Assembly (NCBI GenBank): GCA_951406725.2 | Contig: OX597817.1 | Location: 124,620,001 to 124,684,000 of the forward strand | DNA from: Octopus vulgaris | Taxonomy: Eukaryota | Length of the DNA stretch: 64,000 bases | Direction of reading: 5' to 3' | Part shown: positions 12,469 through 25,328 of the stretch, piece by piece | Position numbering within the stretch: position 1 is the stretch's first letter | Layout of the letters: each line of letters begins with the position of its first letter | Notes under the pieces: generated by a model | The model's input: the letters and a program-made list of their open reading frames with translations, nothing else | Told to the model about the DNA's origin: nothing | Database searches by the model: none | Made by a program: the position numbers and the translations under genes

Positions 12469-13902
12469 CTAGCAGTATCGCCCGGCGTTGCTCGGGTTTG
12501 TAAGGGAAATAACTATAAAGCATTTTTAGAGAGTTATAGCCAAAAAATAGCAAAAAAATGCATTAAAAATGGAAAAAAAATGATGGTAATTTTTTTTTAA
12601 ATCGTTGACTCATCGTAGACGCGCGCTAATACACAGACGGACTCGATATGAATCACGACTATAAGATACCCGAATTTGGTTAAACTGCACCGCAAAATGT
12701 GGGAGTAGTTAGGAATCTAAATCGTAGGAGACAGACACTCACACAACTTCACTTTTATATATATAGATATATATATGGTCTTATGCTATATGCGCACATA
12801 TATGTGCGTGCGCGAACGTGTGCGTGCGCCTGCGCAAAAGTGTGACTGCGCATGCGCGAACGTGTGCGTGCGCATGCGCGAACGTGTGACTGTGCATGCG
12901 CGAACGTGTGACTGCGCATGCGCGAAAGTGTGATTGCGCATGCGCGAACGTGTGCGTGAGCATGCGCCAACGTGTGACTCCGCATGCGCGAACGTGTGCG
13001 TGCGAATGCGCGAACGTGTGAATGCGCATGCGCGAAAGTGTGACTGCGCATGCGCGAAAGTGTAACTGCGCATGCGCGAACGTGGGCGTGCGCATGCGCG
13101 AACGTGGGCGTGCGCATGCGCGAACGTGTGAAAACGCATACGCGAACGTGTGAATGCGCCTGCGCGAACGTGTGCGTGCGCATGCGCGAACGTGTGACTG
13201 CGCATGCGTGAAAGTGTGACTGCGCATGCGCGAAAGGGTGACTGCGCATGCGCGAACGTGTGCGTGCGCATGCGCGAACATGTGAATGCGCATGCGCGAA
13301 CGTGTGCGTGCGCATGCGCGAACATGTGAATGCACATGCGCGAACGTGTGACTGCGCATGCGCGAAAGTGTGACTGCACATGCGCGAAAGGGTGACTGCG
13401 CATGCGCGAAAGGGTGACTGCGCATGCGCGAAAGTGTAACTGCGCATGCGCGAACGTGTGCGTGCGCGTGCGCGAACATGTGACTGCGCATGCGCGAACG
13501 TGTGCGTACGCTTGCGCGAACGTGTGACTGCGCATGCGCGAACGTGTGCGTGCGCATGCGCCTACGTGTGACTGCGCATACGCGAACGTGTGCGTGTCAC
13601 ACTTTACGAGGGAGGGAAGAAGGGGGAGAAGCAACACAGGTGCAGGTGTGAGCATGGACGCCAACTACGCCGCCATCGACACACGAAAAAATATGCGTTA
13701 AAATGGAAAAAAAATTATGTTAAATTATTTTTAAAATCGTAGACTCATTGTAGACGCGCGCTAATACCCAGACGGGCTCGATATGAATCACGACTATAAG
13801 ATACCCGAATTTGGTTAAACTGCACCGCAAAATGTGGGAGTAGTTAGGAATCTAAATCGTAGGAGACAGACACTCACACAACTTCACTTTTATATATATA
13901 GA
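12469..13902 (-). mobile_element. composite non-autonomous Helitron with two 5' ends (12767, 13902) and one 3' end
   Basis: minus strand A|TCtatatatataaaagtgaag at both 5' ends; 3' hairpin cccgagcaacgccggg followed by CTAG|T at 12469; 12560-12767 is duplicated at 13695-13902. Confidence 0.8.
12800..13596. repeat. 22-bp CpG-rich minisatellite, ~36 units (consensus tgcgcatgcgcgaacgtgtgac)
   Basis: direct tandem repetition; explains the three overlapping repetitive ORFs. Confidence 0.97.
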
Positions 13903-14436
13903 TATATATATACGTGTGTGTGTGTGTGTGTGTGTGTGTATACACATACAATATGTATTAATGAGGAAACCATTCTTCTGTTAGTTTCACCTACAAGAAA
14001 TAGTGGTGAAATCCTGCTTAAATCAAACTGCTTCATCTCAGGAAAGAACACATTGGACAATGAAGTCATCGGTGAACTGAAAAATAACAGGGTGGTCCGG
14101 GCAGGGGTATCTTTTACTGTAATATGCTTCTTTAGAGCTTCCCTGAAGTAAAGTCACAACAACATATCTATAATATACAGCAATATGGATTCTTCAGATA
14201 ATGAATCATAATCTCTGCTTCATTGCTTTCCAGCATATCCACTAAAGCACACATGACTCTATATAAATGAACTTACTGACTAGCACACTTTAAGTTCTGG
14301 TTCACCCACAAATTGTATCTCTCTTTCTGTCTGTCTCTTTCTTTTTTCTTTCTCTCTCTCTGTTTATTTCTCTCCAACCTTCTCTCTCTCTCTCTCTCTC
14401 TCTTTGCCTTTTCAGCTGTTATTATATTTGGCTTTT

Positions 14437-15036
14437 ATTTCTTGAAGTTATCTGGCCTTGTGCCACTTTTACTCAGATTTTCCCGTGATATAATTAGTCT
14501 ATTGTGTTTTTGATTAAGTGTCAAAAGACATGGTACCCACCAAGCAAAAACCTTCATAATGCCAAGGTCACTGTGCAGAATATTCTCAACTCTCTTACAA
14601 GATGAGCTAATAGTATTGGCTATTTGATTTAGTGTCAATCATCTATCACCCATTATTATGCAGTAAGCACAATCAATGTTTTCCTCACTGGTGACAGTTG
14701 CAGGATGTCCAAACTTTGAGTTATTTTCAAGACTCTCTCTCTTCCCCTCCAAAATTCAGTTGCTCTCTTTTGCACTTCTGATAAAACAGGTGCCTCATCC
14801 CCTAATATAGCAACCATGTCAGCATGAATGTCCTTGTGGGATAAATGCTTTTTTTTTTCAAGGGAGGTCACAACTAGTGACTTTTAAAATCTTCTTTGAT
14901 GAGTCAGATGTCAGTTTACCTGGAAAGAAACGATGTAGTTATTGATAAGAATATTTAAAATAGATGCATGCAAGATTTTACATCTCTAGAATAACCTCTT
15001 CATAGTCAGTATATGAATTTTTCAGTCCATTCTCAT
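14437..15036 (-). mobile_element. mariner transposase 5' fragment (pseudogene)
   Basis: ORFs 14656-14871 (KDIHADMVAILGDEAP..VQKRATEFWRG) and 14435-14638 (ILHSDLGIMKVFAWWVPCLLT, matching the mariner WVPHEL/WVPRLL linker). Confidence 0.88.
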
Positions 15037-15115
15037 AGCATTAAATACAGAATGAATAACTGCATATATTACTTTGACGTACTCAGGGATTGTTCTCAGA
15101 AGAAATCATCTAGAA

Positions 15116-15450
15116 GAGGGATTCTCAACCCCTTTGATGTTTATTTTATTCTGGTGACCCCCATAGCCATTTAGTGTTTAAAAACCAGTTTTATTGAAAC
15201 TCCTTTCAAACTTCCTATTCTGTTTCCAACACATTAACTTGTGGAGGTTGAATTTATATAAAATTTCAGAGAAAGAAACCTATCTGTTCCTTGCAATAAA
15301 TACTGATATATACATCAAAAGCAACATTTTTCAAGGATCGTTAAAATACATTTGTAGATCTCTAGTTTACTATTTTGCTTATATAGACCCCCACTCACCA
15401 AACTTATATGGACCCTCAGGGGCCATGTGGATCCTGGCTGAGAACCACTG
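15116..15450. mobile_element. hAT (Charlie/MER5-like) MITE
   Basis: TIRs gagggattctcaacc / ggctgagaaccactg; 8-bp TSD atctagaa / atctcgaa matching the NTCTAGAN target preference. Confidence 0.8.
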
Positions 15451-15979
15451 ATCTCGAAGACAACTTAGACTAAAAACATATTCCTTTTTTTTTATTGTCT
15501 AACTTTAGTTGCCATGTGAAACTTTAAATACTTCAGTTTTATTTGTGTGTGTATAACTGTTTGTCTTTCATGTTTATGTCTCATTATTTTCTGTCAATTA
15601 TATAACTGTATATAGTTGTTATATATATTTTTGTACCGACTTACTGTAGTAGAGAGTCAATAAAATATCTATTTATCTGTCTAGCAAACAAACAGCAGTT
15701 TTGTTATTTTATTTCAAAGTTGATTGATAGCAAAGTAAATCATAACTATCATACCAATGTTAGTAACCAAACCTCATGTATAATATATTTTTGTACTAGT
15801 TAACGTTTCATGTTTTAACTCTTGAGAGTTCACATTCCACTGGACATGAGAAACATGTGGAGAGGTGAACGACATTACCATTTACCTATTGATTATAAAT
15901 AATGAAATAATCAGTAATATTCTAAAGTTATTTGCATTACCTTCATTACAAAATTAGCCTTCTGTTCCTTTAATGAATA

Positions 15980-16016
<37 letters not shown>

Positions 16017-16039
16017 TTTTTTTTTTTTTAGACATTCAT

Positions 16040-16185
16040 TAGTACAACACCAAAACTCCCCCCCCCAAATATATGGCACACTAGGCATAACAACAACATG
16101 AACTACCAACCTGTTGTCTCTTGAGGTCTCTAGGTGAGACTTGGAGCCAACTTGTACAAATATAAAGCAAAAGTCAAACATAGAA
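16040..16185 (+). mobile_element. probable 3' UTR remnant of a (TAA)n-associated retroelement
   Basis: short unique segment (gaggtctctaggtgagacttggagcc) lying between two (AAT)n tracts; family assignment is inference. Confidence 0.35.
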
Positions 16186-17149
16186 TAATAATAATAATGA
16201 TAATAATAATCCTTTCTACTATAGGCACAAGGCCTGAAATTTTTGGACAGGAGTTAGTTAATTCCATCAGCTCCAGTGAAAGCATGCATTAAAAATAAGT
16301 TTACTGAATGTTAATAATAAACCTCTGTTGTGTTGTGCAACTGGTCAGCCTTGACAGAGTAGAAACATTATGCAAGCATTCCGTGTGTGACCTTCCAGTA
16401 TTTTCTCTGTCTAGTACTACATTATTCAATGTTTTCTTCTTTATGCAAAAAGATAGGTTTTAATTTAAGGGAATTTTCACTCACATTTCTAGCAGGTTGA
16501 TTAACTGCATAAATGCTTCCTCACTATCTTTCTCTCTCTAAATCATTTATATTTTATTGGAATTGGTGAAAGAAATAATGGAAAGGAATATTTTTAAAAT
16601 AAAAATTATGAGACTGAAAATGAAAGTAGCAAATAACTGACTCAGAGAAGCTTATTATGCATGTATTTGTTATAAGAATGTGTCATAGTTTTGCCAATGT
16701 ATTTTGCTATACAAGCTATCAAATAGAAATGTAGTTAAATCTCGCTACCATATTTTAAACAGAAATGACAGTCCATCAGAATGTAAACCTTACAAATGTA
16801 TATACACATCAGAGAGAAGCTAGCTACAACTAGAGTGCAAGTTGATTGATGCTGAATGAAGTTCAACCCAGGATAAGTTGATACTGTCCAGCCAGTGTCA
16901 ACTTAGTACAAGCTATGTAGTTAAGCAACTATAAGCTGTTTAAATCCAGTTATGAGCTTAAGTTATTGTTATTGCTTAGCCCCAGGACTGTCACAGTAAA
17001 GTGTACTTGTGATCTGACATAGTGTATCTAGAATTACATTGTTAAATTGTGTCCGCAGTGCGTGTACAACTATTTTATCATTTGTATACAAATGGTAGGA
17101 TGTGCAATTTTGGAATCATTTGGCATCTGCTTCTTATTTATCAAGAGAT

Positions 17150-17545
17150 AGGTGCAGGAGTGGCTGTGTGATAAGTAGCTTGTTTACCAACCACATGGTT
17201 CCGGGTTCAGTCTCACTGTGTGGCACCTTCGGCAAGTGTCTTCTACTATAGCCTCGGGCCGACCAATGCCTTGTGAGTGGATTTGGTAGACGGAAACTGA
17301 AAGAAGCCCGTCGTATATATGTATATATATATATGCGTGTGTGTTTTTGTGTGTCTGTGTTTGTCCCCCAAGCCTTGCTTGACAACCGATGCTGGTGTGT
17401 TTACATCACTTAGCGGTTTGGCAAAAGAGACCGATAGAATAAGTACTGTGCTTACAAAAAGAATAAGTCCCAGGGTCGAGTTGCTCGATTAAAGGCGGTG
17501 CTTCAGCATGGCCGCAGTCAAATGACTGAAACAAGTAAAAGAGAG
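17150..17545 (+). mobile_element. SINE family A
   Basis: colinear with 6889-7298. Confidence 0.9.
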
Positions 17546-17849
17546 AGAAAGAGATCTTGTAAAAGTTTCCTTACTGATTCATGAATGCTTAAGTTTATCT
17601 TCTTTGTGAATCTGTACATTCGGTAGAAAAAGGGTACAAAATCACGATAAAATAATAGGTGATGTGCCTGCAAAATAGAAAATTAAAGGATATATCATTG
17701 AATTAATTCACCAGAAAATATTTTCTTTCTCTCTTTTTTTTCTTTTGCTTATTGCGTTCAGAGGGAGGGACAGTATCCATTTACTTTGCAAGCCTTCTGA
17801 GACCAGTGAGATTGGAGCTGTTAATATTCTGTTTAAGCCTTTGAAAGTT

Positions 17850-18238
17850 GACACCTACAAGAAAGACAAAGAGCAAGGGTGAGATTCCATAAAGCTAATG
17901 TTCTGGGAAGGAAGAACTAGATGTAGGGTGTGGTGCAAGGCCTGACAGGGTTTAGCACAACAAAATTGATGAGATGTGGAGGAGTGTCCAAATAGGGATT
18001 ACACAAGATCAGTTAACTCTGGAGCATAAAGGACATTATTTGTAGTAAGAGAAAAGATAATGGAAGAAGACAGCATGCTTGTAGGTAAGAGGCCAGAGCA
18101 TATCTGTCAGTGATTGTGAGACAATTAATCAAGTTGTCTTTCTCTGGATTCTCTCCAGAATATTTGTGTGTATGGCAGCAGGACTATCCCATATGTGGGA
18201 GCAATACACTATTGCAGTCCTTACTTGAGCCTTATAGA
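17850..18238 (-). mobile_element. 3' fragment of a CR1/Jockey-group LINE ORF2
   Basis: minus strand FYKAQVRTAIVYCSHIWD...ILERIQRKTT*LI matches the post-RT YKxxVRPxLEYCSxxW...LERIQR motif. Confidence 0.75.
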
Positions 18239-18696
18239 ATTTTAAATAAATATGGTTGATGAGGATGTTTTTTTAGAAACTTTCATTATATTATTTGAGT
18301 TTCTATTAAATAAGTCAAAAAGTTACTGTATTTTTCCATATAATTTGTCACCAAAGTAATTCAGCTTTATTCATGCTCAATTGCATTTTCTTTGCTTGGT
18401 CTCTGCCTTATTACATGTAAAATGTACCAAGGTTCGCAGGGTTTTACAATCCCCCCCCCCCCCCAAATTCTATCATTCGAATAAATTTGATGCCACAACA
18501 AAAGATGAATGCCAATGTTTCAAGAATCGTAAAACTTATACCTCTATTTGTGCTTTTTGCATTACTCTTTGCCAATACAGGTCATTATTAATGCGTTCAG
18601 ATTGTTCATTGTTATTATTTGATACATAATGCATTGGTATTAGAGTGAAATGCCAAGATTTTCAGATGTTGTGGATTCAGATACTTTTATATTTTG

Positions 18697-18884
18697 GCTC
18701 TTTTACTTTTCCAGCCATTTGACTGCGGCCATGCTGGAGCACCGCCTTGAAGGATTTTAGTTGAATGAATCAACCCCAGAACTTATTCTTTTAAGTCTAG
18801 TACTTGGGAGCTTGCAAATAAATGTTCACTTTACTAAAATTATACTCGGGCTAAGCCCAAACACCCTGAGCACCAGAGTTGCCA

Positions 18885-18924
<40 letters not shown>

Positions 18925-19089
18925 CAATGGGCTTCTTTAAGTTTCTGTCTACCAAATCCACTCACAAGGCATTGGTTGGCCTGAGGCTAGAGTAGAACAC
19001 ACTTGCCTAAGGTGTCATGCAGTGGAACTGAACCCAGAACCATGTGGTTTGGAAGCAAGCTTCTTCCTACACAGCCATGCCTGTGCCTA
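18697..19089 (-). mobile_element. SINE family A, centre replaced by an unrelated ~80-bp segment (18806-18887)
   Basis: tail and head match the family; middle portion does not. Confidence 0.8.
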
Positions 19090-20289
19090 CATAAATCTAT
19101 TTGATAAATCTATTTGATAAAAATGTAAATTCCTTTCATCTTGTAGCATATTTTGTGCAGAGATAGATATATTGGTTCCCAAAACTTTATAGAAATGCAT
19201 GAAACAAGAACCAGAGGCAAAACGATATATAAGACAATGAGAGATACTTTTCAGATTCACTCTTTTCGATGCCTCCGTACAAACTTGTAATTCTTTGAAT
19301 TTCAGTGTTATTTCACTTACATTTCATAAGAAGTACCAACAATGTTTTTCTTTGCCTCGTAAGTTTATTTTAATTGATTAAAATTTTGGCATAATTCACT
19401 ATATTAACTATGTTAGCACACATAAGCTCTTGATGTAGATGACAACTCTGTGAAATTTTCACATGTCCTTAAGTAAAATTTTCTAATCAATAAGACTATC
19501 ATTTCTTTTAAAACTTTACATAAATGTACAATTCGTTTAAGATTCAGTTGTAAGGGTAAGGCCATAGGTTCCTGAGGAGGTCTAATAATAGGGGAAATGT
19601 CTAGAGTTGTGAAAATACTTAGTATAAATCAAATTCATACCTTGCTGCACGTTACCATTCAATTTTAAACAATTTAACTTCTAGAAGTGCTTCCCTAGTC
19701 ATTCTTGATAAAAATTGCCATTAACATTATGAGTGTAATTTTAATTGAATAAAGACTTTTAGAAGATCACTATGAAATGTTTCTAGCTTCTGCTTAGGTG
19801 TGAGCTTATATAGTAATACTAAGTAACAGTTTCATAATATCATTGGTTATGTTTTGCTTTTATTTTTGTTCATGTTATTTGCAGTGTTTTTAAAGGTATT
19901 AATTTTGTCCTTGAAAATACTAAACCTCCTTGGGGCATTCTGAAAGAATTAATGTGGGGTGAATGGTCTGAAGAGTTTGAATATGAAGAAGAGAGAGTCT
20001 TGTCCAGAAAAATGATGTATCTAATCATATGAATTTGCTGCATGTGTCAGATTGGTCAGAAAGACAAAGATGCCTAGAATTAGTAAATATTTAATCATTT
20101 ATCTAGTTTGATAATCAAAAGTGTGCAAAAGACAGCTTGTGATTTAGGAAAATTAATTATAATATGATTCATAATAACTTGTGAAATGGAACTGATGCAG
20201 AAACGTTCAAATAGTATTACCACTTTTGGATGACTGAAGTGCAGTGGGTTGGAATAATTGTTACAAATATCATGCAATATTTGTTCTAG

Positions 20290-20540
20290 CTTGAGTTCAA
20301 ATCCTGTTGAGGTTAACTTTGCCTTTCAGCCTTTGAAGGTTGATGAAATAAACACCAGTTGAACACTGGGGTCAATTTAATTGACTTGGTCCCATCCCCC
20401 AAAACTACTGGCTTTGTGCCAAAATTTGGAACCAATATTTGTTTTAGCTCTTTACAATCTGAGGTGAATTCCCACTAACCACTTCACTTTCTTTCCTTTT
20501 AGGGTTGATAAAATAAAGTACCAGACTATCGTTTGGGGTT
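20290..20540 (+). mobile_element. diverged family B SINE fragments
   Basis: tgagttcaaatcc..ctttgccttt..accagttgaacactggggtcaat. Confidence 0.6.
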
Positions 20541-20605
20541 GGGTTTATTGACTATATCTCCCAACTTATTTCAGAGCTAAATTACATTTTTAAAAAAATA
20601 TTCAT

Positions 20606-20808
20606 TGGCATTAAAAAGGACATCCAGCTGTAGAAGCCATGCCAGATCAGACTGGAACACGGTGCTGCTTACTGGCTTTCCATATAACCAACATGGAAAG
20701 CAGACATTAAATGATGATGATGATGGTAGTGGAGTTGGTGGTGGCAGCATTGGCGGTGATGGTGGTGATGGTGGTGGTGATGGTGGTGGTGGTGGTGATG
20801 ATAATGAT
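20606..20808 (+). mobile_element. RTE-type 3' tail element with (GAT)/(GGT) microsatellite
   Basis: catccagctgtagaa..tgccagatcagactgga..catggaaagcagacattaaatgatgatg; same tail as 32660-32900 and 35530-35708. Confidence 0.7.
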
Positions 20809-21209
20809 ATAGAGCGTGATTGAATGAAATTTTGGCCACTGTTTTCTGTAGGTTAAGTGACAAGGTAGAATCTCCTCTGTAGCTTGTTTAATTTTGTTCT
20901 CTGTGTCTGAAAGATAATGAGATATCATCAATGATTGTGAATAAAAAAATATAAGAAAAATGAAATAACAAAATATTCAATTCATAAAATACGAACAGTA
21001 TCTGAAATATTTATTTATCTATTGAAAGAAAGAAATAAGACAAATGATAATAATACGCTTAAGAGAAAAACACAATTTTTCTATGTCCATTTTTCATACT
21101 TTATTGCTTAGGTATATCAAGATTCAATGAATGTCATTCTATTTATGAACCTTCATAGATTTGTCACTCTTAGAATGGTATAAATGATTTCTTTAAAATA
21201 ACTGTTAAT

Positions 21210-21610
21210 AGTGCAGACATAACTGTGTGGTAAGAAGCTTGTTTCCCAACTGCATGGTTTCAGGTTCAGTCCCACTGTGTGGCACCTTGGACAAGTATCT
21301 TCTACTAGAGCCTAAGGTCAACCAAAACCTTGTGAGTGGATTTGGTTGATAGAAACTGAAAAAAAAACCTGTCATATATATATGTGTGTGTGTGTGTGAG
21401 TGTGTGTATTTATGCATGTGTGTGTGTTTATGTTTGTCCCTGCACTACTGACTGACAATTGGTGTTGGTGTGTTTTTGTCCCTGTAATATAGCAGTTCAG
21501 CAAAAGAAATTGAGAAAAAATAAGTCCTGGGGTTGATTCATTTGACTACAAATTCAAGGCAGTGCCCCAGCATGACCACAGTTTAATGATTGAAACAAGT
21601 AAAAGATAAA
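21210..21610 (+). mobile_element. SINE family A (diverged)
   Basis: colinear with 6889-7298. Confidence 0.85.
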
Positions 21611-21851
21611 TGATAACATAGATGCAAGACCTGAAATTAAGGAAGTGGATTAGTAGATGACATAACCTCCAGCATTAACCATAGTAGAAGAAATTGTCTT
21701 GTACTACTTGATAAAGAACTTTATCTTCTGGGTTCGAATGTTATCAAAGTTAACTCTGCCTTCCATCTTTCTGGGGTCAATAAAATATAGTAACATCAAA
21801 TGCTGGGCATTATTTACATTGGATAGATGTGTCCTCATCTTGTTTGTTGTT

Positions 21852-21897
21852 ACCACAATGTTTTGACTGATTCACTCTCTAGCATTCACCAGGTGTC
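21852..21897 (-). ncRNA. degenerate hammerhead-like motif
   Basis: minus strand acac CTGGTGA a tgctagagagtgaatcagtc AAAA ca TT gtgg; two core substitutions, so probably inactive. Confidence 0.35.
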
Positions 21898-21962
21898 CTG
21901 GTAGAAGTTTGAACCTAACCCTGGGTTCTCATTCCTAAGGTATTTTATTTTTGGTGTTGTTG

Positions 21963-21996
<34 letters not shown>

Positions 21997-22081
21997 TTAT
22001 TCAAGGCAATGTCTGGAATTGAGTTCGTAAAGCTACTAACCCCAAGACTACAAGCTCAGTTCCAGGCAGTGCCTTGAATAA
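21997..22081. repeat. fold-back hairpin, ~33-bp arms
   Basis: ttattcaaggcaatgtctggaattgagttcgta / tacaagctcagttccaggcagtgccttgaataa. Confidence 0.85.
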
Positions 22082-22089
22082 ATAATATT

Positions 22090-22250
22090 AGATCAACCCC
22101 CAGTATGCAACTGATACTTAATTTATAGACCCCAAAAGGATAAAAGGCAAAGTTGGCCTCAGTGGAATTTGAGCTCAGAACGTAAAGATAGACGAAATAC
22201 CACTAAGCATTTTGCCCAATGTGCTAATCTTTCTGCCAGGTCGCTGCCTT
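22090..22250 (-). mobile_element. SINE family B
   Basis: reverse complement of the 30371-30567 family. Confidence 0.8.
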
Positions 22251-24501
22251 CCAAGATGGTGAATATTGAAAGATAAATGTTGTCTGAGTTAGACAGTTCC
22301 TGAATGTCTTTGACCATAGTTCTGTCTGATCAAGACTGATCTGGAACTAGACAATAACAGATATTGAAAGAGTAAGGGAAAATTCATTCCTATTAGTAAC
22401 AGTACTAAAAATCAGATAAGCAGTTCAGTTCATCAGATTGTAGTATTGAATTCAATTCCTTCTCTAGGACTGGAAAAAAAAAGAAGATGGAAAAAAACTA
22501 TCCTCTTGGGTGCTTGGTTTTATGACATGCCTTACAAGTTGTTTTGGAGTGGATATAAATTGTTGTTGTTTGATTTATACAAGTCAGACCTGATGAAATA
22601 AACCATGAGTCAAGGAATTTCATGCATTCTTGTATTTTCGATATATGAGAATATATGTTCATACTGTCCTTCCCCCTTAAAACAGTATGATGTGATTTGA
22701 AACAGATTAGGCTGTTATTCCTAGCAAACTAGCAACAATGTTGCTGGTTCAGGAATTGGTATTGTACCAGTTCAGTTAATCCTTGAAAGTAGTTTTAGAA
22801 AATAAAAGCAGTTGTGTATAAATACTTTTTTAAAATGTGGAATAAAAAAAATTACATAGAATTATATTTATATTTTACATTTCTAGTACAATATTCAGAC
22901 CTACTCAATCTTTTGGTGGGATAATGATTATGAAAATAATATAGTGAGTGACTTAAGCATCATGACAATATAATTCAAAGGTAATATAATAATAATTCAT
23001 ATGTTATTGGAAAACTGACACTTGAAGTCAAATAAAACAGTTAATATTATTCCATACAAAATATAATCATTGCAAATTTAGATTAGTCAGCAATGCATAA
23101 GTTTTTAAAATGACATTTCACACACACACACACACACACATGCACACACGCTTGCACACATATACTCACACACACACACATACACACACACACACATGCA
23201 CACACGCTTGCACACATATACTCACACACACACGAGTACACACACGTACACACTTGCACACAAGTGTATGAGTGTGTAGGAGAAAACTGTGCATCTGGAT
23301 ATTAACACTAGGAAATTTTGAATGTTACACAAATAAAGATTATAATTTAACTGTGATAAAATTCAGAATGTACTTGCTTTTACAAAGTGGCACATTCATT
23401 CTGCTAAACACATTTCATGTTGAGAGTATCTGAATGTAAAGTTCCATTCAAACTTAAATTTATATTATTGCGACAGATGAAGAATACTATAAAACAGAAA
23501 GTTGCATGGTTTGCAAACTGTAGAAAGCAAAATGGTAATATTTGCATGGGTGAAGGATAATGTGTAGCTGAAAGCTACAAGAAACTGCAATGGTTTGTAA
23601 CATTAGTTTAAGCTGCAATGGACTTGAACAGTAAATTGTGCATTTGCTCACATTTTCAATGCTCATGAAATGCATTGAAGTTGCTTTAGTTTTGGAGAAC
23701 TGTGTAACTTGAAAGAAGCTGTAATATTGAAGTAGCATGTAGTTGATAAATGAGCTGCAAAGCTGTAATGATTTCTGTATTAATAATTAGTTTGCACAGC
23801 TGCTCTATATAGATGTTAATGAAAGAGAAGTAGCTTACTCTACTAGTTAAGAGATTGTCTGCAGGTCAGGCTGTGAAGAAGTAAAAATACAGAGGAAAGG
23901 CTTGATAGGAAAACACAAAACAGAGAATGTGAATAAAGAAAACCAGTAGAGAAATGCTTTAAGCAAATCAAAAGAAAGAAATGACTCTTTCTTTTATAAT
24001 ATCTGTCAGAAGAGTTTGTGTTCAATCAATCCATTTCAACAGTGAATAGTTCAGTTTATTGAATACAGAAATATATCTGCTGTATCAGGTTCAAATCTTG
24101 GAACAAGCAATTCAATGACAGATATGTGAAATATTTCTGTTGAAAAGAAATCAAATGGCATGACAACAGTTTTAAAGGCAGATTTGATGAGCATAGTGCT
24201 ACTGCACACATATTCCCCAGGAAACGTATCAGATTTGAAAAATTGTGTATGAGATGGATTTAGATACAAGCACAAAAATGTGCAGGTGTTACTTCATATC
24301 ATTTACATATTGTGCATATACTCCTCTTCCTTTTCACCACAAGTTATACACTACTGATGCAAATGTCTCTAGAATCATCTTTTTAAAAGACTTTTAGTTA
24401 GCTCTGACTTTCATTGTATTCATCAAACAAATGGTAAATCATGGAGCTGTACTTGCATAGCAAGTGACCTGATCTGAGATTGTGTGCTGGAACGAAAGCA
24501 A

Positions 24502-24765
24502 TTGCAGCGTGGAAGGTGTTTATAAGCCATTTAAGAAACACACAAAAACCGTTAGATTCACTTCAACATTTAAATTAAATTTGTCAAAATATTTTCGTCG
24601 GTTTGAGACTGCGACTTGTTCACTGCAGCACGGAATTTTTTCAGTGAACAGGTTGCGGTCTCAAAGCGATGAAAATATTTTGACAAATTAAATTTAAATG
24701 TTGAAGTGAATCTAAAGGTTTTTGTGTGTTTTTTAAGTGGCTTATAAACACCTTCCACACTGCAA
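24502..24765. repeat. 264-bp palindrome (~124-bp arms, ~16-nt loop)
   Basis: arms are near-perfect reverse complements, hence the twin ORFs 24482+ and 24570- with the same peptide. Confidence 0.97.
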
Positions 24766-24919
24766 AAGATAAATCTCCTCCTGGATAAGACAGTAGTAAA
24801 TTACATTTAATCTTTCTGGATTGAAGATGAATGCCTCCATTAATGATTTTTATTTTTGGTGTGTTAACAGTACAGTTATTTCCTTAGCTTGCATCATTAA
24901 TGTGATGTGATGCCATTAT

Positions 24920-25328
24920 TCTTTTATTCTTTTACTTGTTTCAGTCATTTGACTGTGGCCATGCTGGGGCACCACCTTTAGTTGAGCAAATCGACCCCAG
25001 AACTTATTCTTTGTAAGCCTAGCACTTATTCTATCAGTCTCTTTTGCCGAACTGCTAAGTTACAGGGACATAAACACACCAGCATCGGTTGTCAAGTGAT
25101 GCTGGAGGGACAAAGACAGACATACAAACATATACGCAAACATATGTACATATATACATATATATGATGGGCTTCTTTCAGTTTCCGACTACCAAATCCA
25201 CACACAAGACTTTGGTCGGCCTGAGGCTATAGTAAAAGACACTTCCCCAAAGTGCTGTGCAGAGGGACTGAACCCATACCCATGTGGTTGATAAGCAAGC
25301 TACTTACCACACAGCCACTCCTGTGCCT
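24920..25328 (-). mobile_element. SINE family A
   Basis: reverse complement of the family consensus. Confidence 0.9.

Noticed and set aside
12755-13664. Three long overlapping ORFs (230-292 aa), or a CRISPR-like array
   Set aside because: Product of a stop-free 22-bp tandem repeat; no unique spacers and no cas genes.
20669-20863. Poly-His / poly-Gly ORFs
   Set aside because: (GAT)/(GGT) microsatellite grown from an RTE-type tail.
24635-24680. Hammerhead-like spacing in the 24.6-kb palindrome (tcagtgaa...caaagcga)
   Set aside because: Too many core deviations.
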